Shown here: in pieces, positions 24,911 to 38,694 of the stretch
Numbering within the stretch: position 1 is the stretch's first letter
How the letters are laid out: every line of letters starts with the position of its first letter
DNA from: Seison nebaliae
Taxonomy: Eukaryota
Direction of reading: 5' to 3'
Length of the DNA stretch: 45,217 bases
Assembly: GCA_023231475.1 (NCBI GenBank)
Contig: JALJEE010000993.1
Span: forward strand, 1-45,217
The notes under the pieces: model-generated
The model's database searches: none
Told to the model about the DNA's origin: nothing
The model's input: the letters and a program-made list of their open reading frames with translations, nothing else
Position numbers and translations under genes: made by a program

Positions 24911-25724
24911 GCTAATAATCTAGAATTGAAGTGCTATATAATTTTACTAGTCAACAATTTTCATTAAGTCATCAAAAGATAATTATTTTATATTAAACTA
25001 TAAACTAAAAATTATGTAAGGACATTAAATGGGTAAGAGTGGAACGTCAAAGTTGATGTACGTAGATAAACTTAATTTGAACTAATCAGTTAATAAAACT
25101 ATTAGACTAACTGTAAATAGTAATTGGGAGAATAGTTTGTACTCGACTAACGACTCACATTCAATTGAAGAGACAATGAGAGACAAATGAGAGTTTGACT
25201 CACAGAGACAAATTGTTTAAATGAATTTGAGAAAATTTCTTGATATTTTGATGAGAGATAAAAGAATGATATTTCCACTGGAAAATAATGGATTAATTGT
25301 AAATGAATTAATTTGAGAAATAAATTCGAATTTGATGGAATTTGTTATTGATGAGATAGAAAGTGATTGAGAAAAAGTGTATGTGAAATGGAAGCTCGGA
25401 GTAAAGTGGTGGTTTTGAAAGATTAGAAATATGAGTAACTGAAAGACCGAAAGAGAAGGGAATGAAAGGTATTTGGGATGAATGGAAGATGAAGAAACAG
25501 ATACTCGATTTGTAGATTCCAATCTGTAGTGGAGTATGTGGAGAAGTTCCGTTACATAACATGTGGAGTAAGTGGGTTTAAGTGGGAAGACGGTGAGACG
25601 GGAATAGAAAAGAAGATTAGAGTAGAAAGGGAATTGGACAAGCTTCATATGAATGAATAAGAAATAAGTTTGTTTTTTAATTAGTGAACTTGTCAGGTAT
25701 ATGTGGCTATATATATGAAGTAGA

Positions 25725-25787
25725 ACACACACGAAACGACACATATACACACACACAGAGAGACACAGGGCACACATACACACATAC
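25725..25787. repeat. Imperfect (CA)n microsatellite
   Basis: Visible directly, upstream of the giant ORF. Confidence 0.8.
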
Positions 25788-26227
25788 AGAGACTAGTGGG
25801 TTCGGGAGATACGTATAGGCCTATGTATGAACAGCAGAGAAGAAATGGGAAGAGAAAAATATTAATAAAACGATCGGATAATCGGAAGGGAGACTATTAG
25901 GCAAGTTGAAGAAAAGAGATAAGGAGAACGAATATAGAAGGGGAAAAAAAGAAGCATAATAGCAAAAAATTCAAATTTTATTCATTGAATCAAAAAATTT
26001 TCAATTTCATTCAGATTCAATTGCAGTTTCTTTTTGATTGAGAAAGATTCATTTCACACATTTCAGTATTTTACAATAAATTACGTTGTCAAATTCACTT
26101 TCCTTCCTACCTCCAAACCTCCAATACCAGACGGGTCGATGAATATTCAATTATTTATTAATTGTTGATTAATAATCGATTCATTATCTGCCATTTAAAA
26201 TCAACAATCCCGAGAGGTGGATGAGAT

Positions 26228-29200
26228 ATGACGAGAAATAATATAAGAAATAAAAATGATCATCGATTCAACTCGTCATCATCATCGTCTTCTCATTCGA
26301 ACGTTCCCTCACCATATAAATCTGGTCAACGGACCAATATTTCTCCCAACTCGACAAATAATTCTTCCTTCGATTCCCGAATGGGAAAATTGGAAGACGA
26401 ACAACAATTCCATTTGAATAAAAGAAATCATTATTATCGACATCAACCGCCATCTCAACAATTAAATGATTCGAAAAAATTTTATCGAAATAATAATATT
26501 CAAAATTATCAGAATTCGATAAATCGAAATAATGGAATGATTCATGGACAACATCAAATTTATAGAAATGGCAATTTCCATCAACAAACTTCATCTTACC
26601 AATACAACAACAACAACAACAACAACAACAACAGCAACAACAATGGTCGTTATATTAAGAATGGAAGACATAATGGAAAATCGTCGTTACATCAGAAATC
26701 GGAGAATGGAAATGATACGTATAATCGAACTCCAAATCGAATGAATCAGCTCAATAATTTCCGTCATCAAAATTTCCATCCGAACAACAACAATCGATAT
26801 CGACGTAATCATAGTAATCAAAGTAATTCGAAAGTGTTTACGAATCGGAACGATTCCAAATCGAATTCACAAGATCAAGTGGAGCATAAAACCATTTCCA
26901 TCAATCGCACCGTCCAAAATCATCATTCCAATTATAATCGTGAGAATGAGTTACATCGGAAGACTTCTCCATTTATTTCGGTAGCAGGATCACAAGATGG
27001 AAATACAGTCATTACGATGGTCGCTCCTATGATGAATAATTTTAAAAAATGTAACGGAAAACAAATCATTGAAATTGCTCATCAATCCTGCGATTATAAC
27101 GACGAAGTTGACGAAGAAGATTCATCGAAGAAATCGCTTTCAACGGAAATTAGTCAATTGAATAATTCGAGCACCAATTCTATCATTTTCGATATGACCT
27201 CCACCAGTTGTTGTCACGAGAAAAATACTCGTCGAATTTATTCGAACGAAAATTCCAGAAAAATTTTAGAAGAAAAAAATTCAAATTTGAATTCGAATTT
27301 ACAACAACCATCGACGGAAGATGAAGAAAATGAAAATTTAACTATTTCAGTCGATCAAGTTCGAACTTGGATGAATACGATTCCATATTATCCACCATAC
27401 GTGTTATCCGATATTCCATCAGCAGCTGTCATTATTCCATCATCGAATTGTGGAATGATGCGTATGAATCATCGGACATCTTATCGGAAATCATCAATCG
27501 AATTGAAATCAGTTCCATCAAATCGTGCTCCTATCTCTTCCATCGTTCATGCTAGTCAAATGAATAAAAATAACAACAACAATAATAATAATAATAATAA
27601 TAATAATAAGAGTAATAATAATAATAATAATAATAATAATACAAGTGATGATGAGAGAATGAATGATAATTCGGAAAATATTTCAAATTTGGATGATGAT
27701 AATTTCTCTCCATCATCATCGCCACCTCCACAACCATTTATTGGTACAGCAGCGAATGATATAATCTCTTCTTTTCCACTCTTTATTCCATCACAAACGG
27801 CGAAGATGATGGTAAATGGATATCCATTAAATCGAATGAATCAGATGATTCCCATGAATTTCCATCAACTCAATTCGTTCGGTCAACAAAAATTTCCGTT
27901 AAGTCAATTTCCTAATTCACATTTCCTTCCACAACAATTCCATTATCCAACTAATTGTCCTCCTTTCGATTATTTGGTGCGTAATCGATATGGAGATCAA
28001 ACCGTCAACGACGGAAATGTTCAATCATCATCATTATCAGGAGGAGAATTTGAAAATAAATCTCTCTCCAATATTCCGTCAACCACTTCAATAACGATGG
28101 GACTAACGATAGAACAAAATATTACACAAGAGAATCATCTTCAATCTTCACCGTTAACGGTCGATGTTGATAAACATGGAAATTCTCCACAACTTCCCAA
28201 ATTGATTGATGATCAAGAAAAGAATGATCATCATTTGATATCGACAAATAAATCGATTTTCATGAGTGAGACTGATAATATTTCTATCACTCAAGCGAAA
28301 CGAATTGACGAAATGGAATTAGATGAAGTTTTTTCTTCTTCACCACTCATCACTTTTCAAATGAATCAAAATTCAATCAATGATGGAAATTCCACTGTTA
28401 CCGCATTGATTCCATCCAATGATATCATCGTTACTGCTTCGACTATGTCGAACAATATTTGTTCATTAATTCCATCATCTACTTCGCTGATTTCTTCCAC
28501 ACTCTCATCCTCTCCAAATGAAATGATAAATTTGAATGAGAATTCTAAAAATTTAAATGAAAATTTGAAAAATTTGAATGAGAATTTGAAAAATTCTGGA
28601 ACGAATTCACAATCGAATTCACCAAAAATTCCACCTCTCAATCAATTAGACGTCTCCAATTATGGAACGGATATCAAAAGAGAAATTTTCCCTTCCTTAT
28701 CATCATTAGGCAATGAAAATATTGATATTGAGACATCGATTGGATCACAAATGTCGAAAGATGAATTAAATGAGAAGAAAATTATTGATAATAAATTTCG
28801 AAATAAACCGAAAGAGAAACCCGAATCGTCTTGTTATCGTTGTGGCGAGTTCGGACATATGGCTGAGTATTGTCCGTCTGAGAATATGGATGGAATGGAA
28901 AATTTCCAATCAATCGATCAAATTTTAGATTCATTCGACAAAGAAGAAATTGATGATTTGTGTGAGAATTTGATTGATGAAGATGATGAAAATGAAGTTG
29001 AAATTAAGAAAGAGAAGAAAGAGAATAATGAAGATAATTTGGATATGGAAGGGAATAATGAGGTAGATGAAAAGATTGATATGATCGAACCGACTTTACA
29101 ACCATTTTTCAGTTCTCTCATTCTTCTTCCTGATATGCATGTTATGAGAATCGAAAGAACATTAGCTATTCAGAAAATGTTTCATCGTCTTCAAACGGAA

Positions 29201-30261
29201 ATTGAACGACATCAACAAGTCGATCAACACATTCAAATACAACAACAACAACAATTCCAATTGTATTGTCAGAAACAATTGAATTCGACTCCTTTCTTAC
29301 CATCACCTTTCCATTCTCTACTTCCAATTCCACAATCACCATTAAGATCAGCTGGATCGACAGCATTTGCCACATCTTTATTCAATCAACAACAACAACA
29401 ACAAATACCACCACCAATGATATTTCCAATGATGAATGGTCATCCACATTATCCATTTCCAGAAATGAATGTTCCATTCCATCATTTTCATGATCGTTAC
29501 ACTAATCCTGATTATTTTCCATACGATAATTATGGTCGAATGAACAAATCGAACTTCATTTCTGGCACGTCCATGAGACTCGCAAGCACAACAACAATAA
29601 CAACGACGACGACAACAATGAATTCAGAATTACCGTCAAAATCACAGTTTAACATGACATCGGATTTTCTGTCAAAATCGACGGAATTACCAAATGTCAA
29701 TATGAGTCAATTGTCGAATGAGTCATTGAGATATTCCATCTTCTCATCTTTACGTCCTCCTGCCTCTTTATTGGGATTTCCCACATTCGCCGCATGTCGA
29801 CCAGAACTTACTCCAGAACAACAAAATTCTTCTCGACCACAATCTGCACAACAACAACAACAACAACAATCACATCCAATTGATCCATTACTCTCCCAAC
29901 AATTAAATAGTCCATTGAAATTTCCGTTCAATATGCCTCCAAATCTTCTGGGCAATGAACAATTGGTAACGCAAATTCAATCGATATTACAATCTCAACC
30001 AATCATCAATACTAGTGGTGCTAATAATCGACCGTCATCAATGTCGGTTAACAACAACACACAACAACCATCACTCTCACAACATCATGGTTCGCAACTT
30101 AATCAAAATTGTCTCTTAACATTATTATCGAATACGATAATGAATAATAATCAATTATCGAAAATGGCATCTCAATCTTTATCATCATCATTCCCTCTTT
30201 CATCCAATCTCTTCCCATCTAACAACAATAACAATAACAGAACTGGAAAGATTAATCCGAG

Positions 30262-30299
<38 letters not shown>

Positions 30300-30445
30300 G
30301 TTCACTTATTAATAAATCGAATAATATGAACATGATTCCTGAGAATCTCAATCATAACACGACAAATTTCGAGAAGGATAATCAAAAATTTGAAAATAAC
30401 AATAACAACAATAAGAACACTAACAACAACAACAACTGTAATGAC

Positions 30446-30525
<80 letters not shown>

Positions 30526-31936
30526 CAACAACAACAACAATTGTAATGGTAACCATAATGACAATAATAATAATAATAATAACAATTATAATGAAAACAA
30601 TAATAACAATAACAACAATGATAACAACAGCAATAAGAACAAAAATAATAAAGGAAAATCAAAAAATTGTAATTTTCCAAAAAATAATTCATTTAATCCT
30701 AATGCCGTTAATGTTAATAATAATAAGAGATGTAATGATATGAATGATGATCGAATATTAAATTTAATCGATACGGAACCGATCACGGAGATCATCCTCC
30801 AAGAAGACGAACCATCAATTTCTGATTCAGATATCGTAAAATCTCCTTCATCCGCTTCTATGGAGCCAATCGATGATGTTACTGATCGAGATTCGAAGAA
30901 TATCAATTCAGATACTGAATATCAACATTCCGAAATAAGTGATTTGGAGATAGATGATGTCGTTGAAGATGATGATGACGAGCATATTAGACAGAATATC
31001 GTTCATTCATCACTTCTTCCCATCGATACTAATCCCATGGAAAGTTCAACGACGAACAATGAAAAAGATTTAAAAATTCGAAATAATAATTCATATGAAA
31101 CGATGAAAATGCATTCCATCAATCTCAACATCAACAACAACAATAATAATGAATTGAAGATGTATCATCGTGAATATCTCATTTCTCCCGATAATAATCG
31201 AAAGAGAAAAGAAAAAAATCTCTCAACATTTCTTCCTACTCAATTCTGTTGTTATATGAATGAAATTATGACGGAAATTCCCATTAATTCCAATTCGTCC
31301 AATATTTCAAAAGATATACCGTCTCTAACATCTCTTCAGAGACCGACAACATCCTCCAAATTAAAAATGAAGAAATCTCAATCCAGTTCAATTCTACCGG
31401 ACACTAAGAAGAAATCGAAGAATCTTTCATCAAACCGGAAATTAAAGAATAAATCTAATCGCCAACCAAATCGTACTACTCTAGTGCAAACTACAAGTCT
31501 GAAGAAAAAGAGCGGTAAAATATTGCAAACTAAATTGGCAACTGATCAGAAGAAAGTCGTTTCCAAGACTCAAAGTGACACGAAATTGTCAACGATGAAT
31601 ATTCTTCCCAAATCGATGATAAAGAAGAGTTTATTGAAAGAGTCTACCAATAAACCGATTCTTGAAAATGATATTGACGTTTCTTCCGAAATGGACAAAT
31701 CGAAATTATCAAATAAGAAATCACAAAGAAAATTATGTTCTCCAATTACTTTAGTCGATACAACTATTACAATTAATTCATCAATATCTTCCACACTCAA
31801 CAATAACAACAACGATAACAACAACAACAATAACAACAACGATAATAATAACAATTATATCGATAACAGAAATAATAATAATGACAATAATAACAACAAC
31901 AATAACAGTATTAATAATAACAACAACAATAACAGT

Positions 31937-31972
<36 letters not shown>

Positions 31973-34297
31973 TGTAATAATAATAATGGAAATAAATTGA
32001 AATCAATGAAAAAGAAGAAACAATCAAAAATTAGTCAGACGAATCAAAAACCGAAAAAAATCACTTCGACTTCCTCATTACCTTCCACTACTGCCATCTA
32101 TTCAAAAGTAGTAAGTCCTGTCGTTTCTACAACGAGTTTCCTTCCTGAAACTATTCCGTCCTCAACCTCGAGTTCAACTACCGGTTCCTTTCCTTCTTCT
32201 ACCGTCAACACTCTCTCAACTCCCAAATCGTTGGAGAAGCCACAAAAGTCGAGACATCTTCCCTTGAAGAAGTCGAATAGTACGACATCGAATATCATAC
32301 GAAATGCAGAGAGTGGCGAGATGATTCTCCGTCAACGACGTCCCACCATCGACGAGAATATTTCAAATTCTATCGACGAGATTTATCAATGTAAATATTC
32401 CACCAATAGAACGAACGACAATTCGGAATCAGATCAAACGGAGAACGATATCGCCAAACCATCGGACGATAGTGCTAATAAAAATTCGAATGAAAATGAA
32501 TCGAACGTCGTTCAACTTGAAAAATGTGATCAGGATCATTTGAACGAAAAATGTGATCAGGATCAATTCAATGAAAAATGTGATCCGAATGAATTGGATG
32601 AAAAATCTGATCAAAATAAATTGAATGAGAAATCTGAAAAAAAGAATAAATTGAATGAAAAATCTGATCAAAATAAATTGAATGAGAAATCTGAAAAAAA
32701 GAATAAATTGAATGAAAAATCTGATCAAAATAAATTGAATGAGAAATCTGAAAAAAAGAATAAATTTAATGAGATATCAGAAAAAAAGAATAAATTGAAT
32801 GAGAAATCAGAAAAAAAGAATAAATTTAATGAGATATCAGAAAAAAAGAATAAATTTAATGAGAAATCAGATAAAAAGAATCAGTTGAATGAGAAATTTG
32901 AAAAAAAGAATCAGTTGAATGAGAAAACAGAAGAAATTCTCAACCTCGTAGCTTCTCACATCGACGCTAAAGTTCAGATTTGTGAACTTCGACCAATTTA
33001 TGATGAGGAAGAAGAAGGAACAAGAAAATTGATTCCAATAAATCCCGATCAACTCGATCGTTCAAGTCGAAAACATAAAGAATTCGAATCGATCGATCTC
33101 AAATCGAAATATGAAGCAGACTTAATTCGATCGTGTCAAGTGATGATGGAGAATCGTTCCGAATTTCCTCCTTCCAAATTTCATCAAGATGAATTGCAGA
33201 CTATTTTCTTCGCAGCCAAACAATATTTCGAACAATCAATTTTGAACAATGGTACACCATATTTCTCTCTTATTCTCTCCAACATTCTCACGGAAGTTCC
33301 ACAATTGAATGTGGATGAGATTAAGAAATTAGTTACACCATTTCAATTGAGTAATTTCATTTGTGATCCGCTCATTCATTTCATCGACAAATATCCATTG
33401 ATAGAATTCATTTTGAAATATATCGATAATGTCGATTTGCGTTCTTACATCTCCTCTCATTTCCATCCATTAATCCGTCAACTTTTATCATTAGTTGGAA
33501 ATCTTTTGAAATATTTCTTACCAATCATTGACGATAATCGTATTATGGTGGAGAAAATACGTGGTAAACGTAAATATTATATTAATCAGAAATCCAATCA
33601 ATATCAACGATTATCATACGATTTGACATTACTCTTAGTTTATGATCAGACCGTTCTCTCATACATCCAAGAACAACAGAAACATTTCGTCAAAGCAATA
33701 ATGACCGATCCTGCGATAATCAAAGAGAATTTATTTGAAGATTATTCTTTTATGAATAATTCTCCAATTCGACCAGAACCGAAAAAAATCGAGAATCTCA
33801 AATTAAAAGTGGAATTGAATAAACCTCCAAAAATCTCGACGAAAATGAAATTAAGTAAATCGGATTTCTTAATCAAAAAACATACGACAAAAATCGATGA
33901 TAATAATCATAATAATAATGAGGAGATGAATGATAATACGAAAAATAAGGAGAATGGAATGTATTGTTGTATGTATAAGGAATCGACGATGGAATCGATT
34001 CCAATTCATCAGCAAATCGATTTTTTTGCTTCTACTAAATTCAAATTTTTCAAACAATCTAATCAAAATGAAAATATTCAAAAAGAAGAAAATAATAATA
34101 ATATTCAACAATTCGAAGATGGAGCTATTCTTATCGCTTCCGCTCCCGTTGATATGATCGATTCCACTTACGGTTCTCTTTATAACATTCGATCATCATC
34201 CAGTGAATGTAGCGAATCTACCAACGATCAACAAACAACTCAAATTAACACCAATTTCCACAAATCGAAAAAACAATTGATCAACAATCTCAATTGA
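26228..34297 (+). CDS. 2689-aa intronless, mostly low-complexity (N/Q/S-rich) protein with one CCHC zinc knuckle and a folded-looking C-terminal region
   Basis: 8-kb open frame in AT-rich DNA. CYRCGEFGHMAEYC at 28832-28873, several poly-N tracts, and a hydrophobic/helical region at ~33100-33740. Confidence 0.85.
30396..30630 (+). repeat. (AAT/AAC)n coding trinucleotide repeat (poly-Asn); further tracts near 26604-26645, 27570-27640, 30263-30299 and 31799-31987
   Basis: Visible directly. Confidence 0.95.
32519..32928 (+). repeat. 27-bp coding minisatellite, ~15 units (EKSDQNKLN / EKSEKKNKLN-like)
   Basis: Visible in both DNA and translation; unit length varies slightly (27-30 nt). Confidence 0.9.
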
Positions 34298-35362
34298 CTG
34301 TCCATCTTCTCCTCCCTCTCTGCCTCATCTTCACTGGCTGATATTTTTCATTTAGGAAATATCAATTTTAATCAAAAGTCATTTTCTTATCTTTCACCCG
34401 GTTCATATGACAGATAACTTTTTATTTATCAAGAAAAAAAAAAACAGAAAAATCTGAAAAATACCAAAAAAAACAATTCAAATTTTATGAAAAAAAAACC
34501 ATTGCCCATTTCCACCTCTCTCTCTCTCTCTCTCATTGTCATTGAACTCTTCAAAGTATTTTTTTCTCTTTCTTTTTTTCACTCCATCTGATAATCTACG
34601 TAATAAGTTCCATTTACGTTATCATCTTTTCAATTCCTCTTAGTTCCAACGACAAAAAAAAAAACAGTAAAAATTTCTTTCCGATTTACCTCAACCAATT
34701 GCTGGAACTTTTTATTGGCATGACCAACTTTTTTCTACTTCTTATTCTATTCTTCTCAACATATATTGGACAGTTCATGATTCAGTTCATTTCACAGGAA
34801 TCGCGTCGGATCAAACAATCACCAACATTCTCATCTGACAATTACATGATTTCCTGAAGAGAAATGATTTTGAATTCTGATAAATTTTTTTCTCTTTTCA
34901 AATATTTCATTCTTCCTTTTATATCTCACATATCCATTCTCGGTACTATTATCAACTTTATTTCAATTTCTACCATTTACGCAACATTTCATGTACATAA
35001 TTCAAGTGACATCACATTTTATTTTTCTTTTTTCAACCATTTTTTTTCCCTAAACAGATTTTATAATTGGCGAAACTTCGAACTTCGTGAAATCAGTTAA
35101 TTAACAATTATTTAATAATTTTAAATAAATTATATTATATGCAACATATCCACTATTTTCTTCCAACAATTTACCTTCTACTTCAATGTTAATCTATATC
35201 TGTTAATTTAGAACAGTTAAAACGAGATTGGTTAAAAAATTCTTAATAATTTTTATCAGAATTAGACCTGTTTACAATAAATATATGACTATTACTGTTT
35301 ATTAATTTATAATCTAATATTATTTATCTATATATCTTTAAAATATTTTGACATCTTTGAAA

Positions 35363-36900
35363 ATGGAAACTGATGTTAATTCTAAGAAACGATGACGTTC
35401 TTCAAAAATTTGGAACTACTTTGTAATAGAAAATAATGGGACAAATATAATATATGTGGAATACTATATTTAGCAAATACTGGAACATCGTCACTTAATG
35501 TGCATATTAGAAAGAAGCATTTGATTCTCGAAATTTGATGTTCATCTTATTTCGAAATATGTTGCGACTTTAAACACGTCATTTTCTACAAACGATAATC
35601 CATATTTTCAGCAAATATTAAAACGGAAATTTCAAAAACCTATGAATCGACAAAAATAGCAGATAATTGCATCTGAATTACGAGACATGATATTCTGTGC
35701 AAAAATGATTCTTGGCGGTCACCTTATGGAGATAATGTTTTTGAAATATTAACGATTTTAATTACCGACTCGTATATCTTAAATTCGAATATGATTTTCA
35801 TCTATTTTCAAAAAATGCATACAAACGATGATTACATAAAAAGTTGTACAAATGAAATAATAAGAAATGAACTTTTTGAGAATTAATGGGGATTAACTAT
35901 GATTAACTTGACGGTAGTTCGGATATTCAGCGTGATAACAGACTTTGCGGGTTAAAAAACATTTATTGCATAAACCGTTTTATCAGTTTGACATGTCCAG
36001 GTATGTTACAAAATTCCTGTTTTTATAATGTTTTCATCAATTACATCACAATATCTTCGATATTCTACGATTCTACAGAATATCATTAATTATATCAGAT
36101 GATAAAAAAGAACCACCAATGGCAATCATCCTATTTTGAACTATTTCCAGCATTTTATCAGATTGTAAATTTCGTCGACGATAAGATGAGAACAACTTTG
36201 GACTCTACATTACTTTAATTAGTTTTAATGAAAAATTGTCCAATCGATTTGTGAAGAATCATAATAAGGACTTTCAATCGATTGAATTTTTGAAAATGAG
36301 AACTCTATTCTGCCTGAAAATGCTGAATTGAAGAAAGAACAAATATTCGATTTAATTTATTACACTTTTGTTTAATATATTAAACGACTCTATAACCTCT
36401 ATACTATAGAGGTCTATAGGGTATTTTTGTCCTCTATCTGCGGATTGAAACGTTTATCTCTTCTTATTGTTCAACGATATTTGAATATAATTCTTTCCAT
36501 TAAACAACTAAAGACAGTTATCGAAAATCGAATTGTTTTCATTGTATTTCGTTTTTTGTTGTAAAAAACTGAAAAATTTCAGATTTATTGAAATTGTACA
36601 TCTCGGTATTATTTCATCTTTACTTACATCATTTTTTTCCCGACGTTTTTCCACACCTTTTTTAAAGAGTTCATATTGATTCTTTTCATATTCAAAACAT
36701 TTAATAAGATAATTTGAGGTTGAGATTTGACCGAAAAAGCAATTACAAGGATGAGATCTGTTCTAAATGGTAGTTTAAGGTTGGGATCTGTCCAAAATAT
36801 TATTTAAACGGTTGAGAACTATCCAAAATAATATTAATTTGGTTGAGAACTGTCTTTTTTGTGGAGGAAAATCAGAAGGTTGAGAACTACCCGGATACCG
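35363..36900 (+). mobile_element. Decayed hAT-like transposon: BED-finger transposase pseudogene plus repeat-rich right end
   Basis: Broken frames give SKIWNYF...ICG...TGTSSLNVHIRKKH (BED finger), DSW at 35707-35715 (first catalytic D-x-W motif) and TIR* at 36178-36189 (RW motif with TGG to TGA). Many stops and frameshifts. Confidence 0.75.
36717..36900. repeat. Six spaced GGTTGAGA(A/T)CT(G/A)TCC-like subterminal repeats ending in CCCGGATACC
   Basis: Motif recurs at ~30-bp spacing, typical of a DNA-transposon terminus. No clear matching left end was found. Confidence 0.7.
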
Positions 36901-37353
36901 AATTATCCTTCATCTTTAACTGATGCCAAAAAAGTTCATTAAACTCAAGTTGAATGAATACATACCTGGTGCTCTCATATTCATGTCACATATTCCACTT
37001 GATCGGGGGCTTTCCGCACCAATAATTTTCCACGTTTCGCCAATTATTTCACGGATTTGACTTTTATATTTTTACGGATGATTTATTGGATTTATACTTA
37101 CAATTTGTTATATCATAAATAATATTTGTACACTATACTTTGTTAAATAAATAATATTTCTAATGTTCACTTGTTTAAGAAATTTCAGTTTAAGAATTCA
37201 GAGTATTGATTGTAGTAAAAGAAAATATTGGTTCAATACAAAGGTAAACGAATTTTTTCAATTGATCCATTTTGATGATTAATTTCAACTTGAAAAAAAA
37301 AGAACAATCAAATATTGTTTTTTATCTATCATTCTAAATATCATTCCTCCTCC

Positions 37354-38565
37354 ATGTCTCAAATTTCGGTTGCCCAACATGAAGAACAAAAGGAATCATC
37401 CGAAAGTCAAAGTACCCAAATCAGTTTTCCTACGGTCAGCACTACTAAAACGGCTTTGGCAATAGCAAATGAATTGAGAACGGCCAGTTTCGAAAAAAGT
37501 TGCACGGATAGCATTATCGCCGATCTTGATAAACAGTTTCCATCAGATCGGAACAGTATTAATATTCTCAAACAATCATATTCTTATTGTGCGTTTTTGG
37601 ACGAAGGTTTTTTTCTTCGAACTCATTACGTATAATAATCATTTAAATCATTTTAGTTAATGAAGAAGGAAAAAATGCGAAGGAAGTAACGAAATTAGAA
37701 TATACGTTAGAAGAACCTTAAACATTTTTCAATTTCTTCCTATGAATCAAGTGACGACGAATATGTATCCATAATTCTGAAACCGTTATTTATGGCGAAG
37801 CAGAATAAACTTTTAGATTATGAAGTTCCAGCGAACATAGGGAAGGAAACCGATGAGATGATGCATAGTGGAACAACACGAAAAATCAATAATGAAGTCG
37901 CCCAATTGCATCGTAAATTATTTACAAAAATGTTAACTGAATATGAACTGTCGACAATTGTACGTCAGACCCGACCAAAAATACTTTCTCACAATTATAT
38001 CGAAGGAACGACTATTCTTCGACGAGATCCTGAAAAGAAATTTTTCGACTATTCCGGTTCATTCCAATTTGAAGTTTTCGTTTAATGAAATTATTTGATG
38101 AAGATCTTCCCACAACTCATTCATTCTACAAATCGATTGAATATGGACCGTCATGGAAATATTTAACGGTGAGTGTATTGATTACCATCATTTTATGTGT
38201 CAGGACATTTATTTCCATCAATCAATTTGTTCGTTTCGATGAAATTTATCATGGAGATATGAATATTGTATTCGTTAGTTTCCTCCAATTTAAATGTTGC
38301 TTATTGAACTTTTATATTATTATTATTTTAGTTTATGAATTTAATGGATTTCGTTCTCACTCTCAACATGTTATTTCGGGAGACTCTCATCAAAAACTAC
38401 AACATTAAATTAGTTCAAATTTTATTTGCCAATTTCGGTTAGTAAATTAAATTATAAGAAGTTATTTCATATTTTTTAGGTATTTCCTTCCTTTCTTATA
38501 TCTGTTATCTCACGATTAATACTTTGACATTATCGTCTATCGAAATGACATTAACTGTACCTTGA
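37354..38565 (+). CDS. Hypothetical protein with ~3 C-terminal hydrophobic segments (6 exons)
   Basis: Five GTT...AG introns join the ORF fragments into one frame ending MTLTVP*. No family recognised. Confidence 0.6.
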
Positions 38566-38694
38566 AAGAATTCCATGACGACTAGAAGAAAAAAAAGAAA
38601 TTTATTTTAGAGATTTCCTTTTGAGAAAGAAATTTGAAAATAAAATTATTTCAATTTTGAGCTTCCTTTATTTATTTCATTGAGATCATAAGGA

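Noticed and set aside
25217..25783. 188-aa minus-strand ORF
   Set aside because: Starts in the (CA)n microsatellite and reflects purine-rich strand bias. Probably promoter or 5' UTR of the giant gene.
28832..28873. CCHC knuckle as evidence of a retroviral/LTR gag gene
   Set aside because: Single knuckle; no capsid, protease, RT, integrase or LTRs seen.
30302..30906. Poly-Ile, poly-Leu and poly-Tyr ORFs
   Set aside because: Alternate-frame and antisense shadows of the (AAT)n repeat in the giant ORF.
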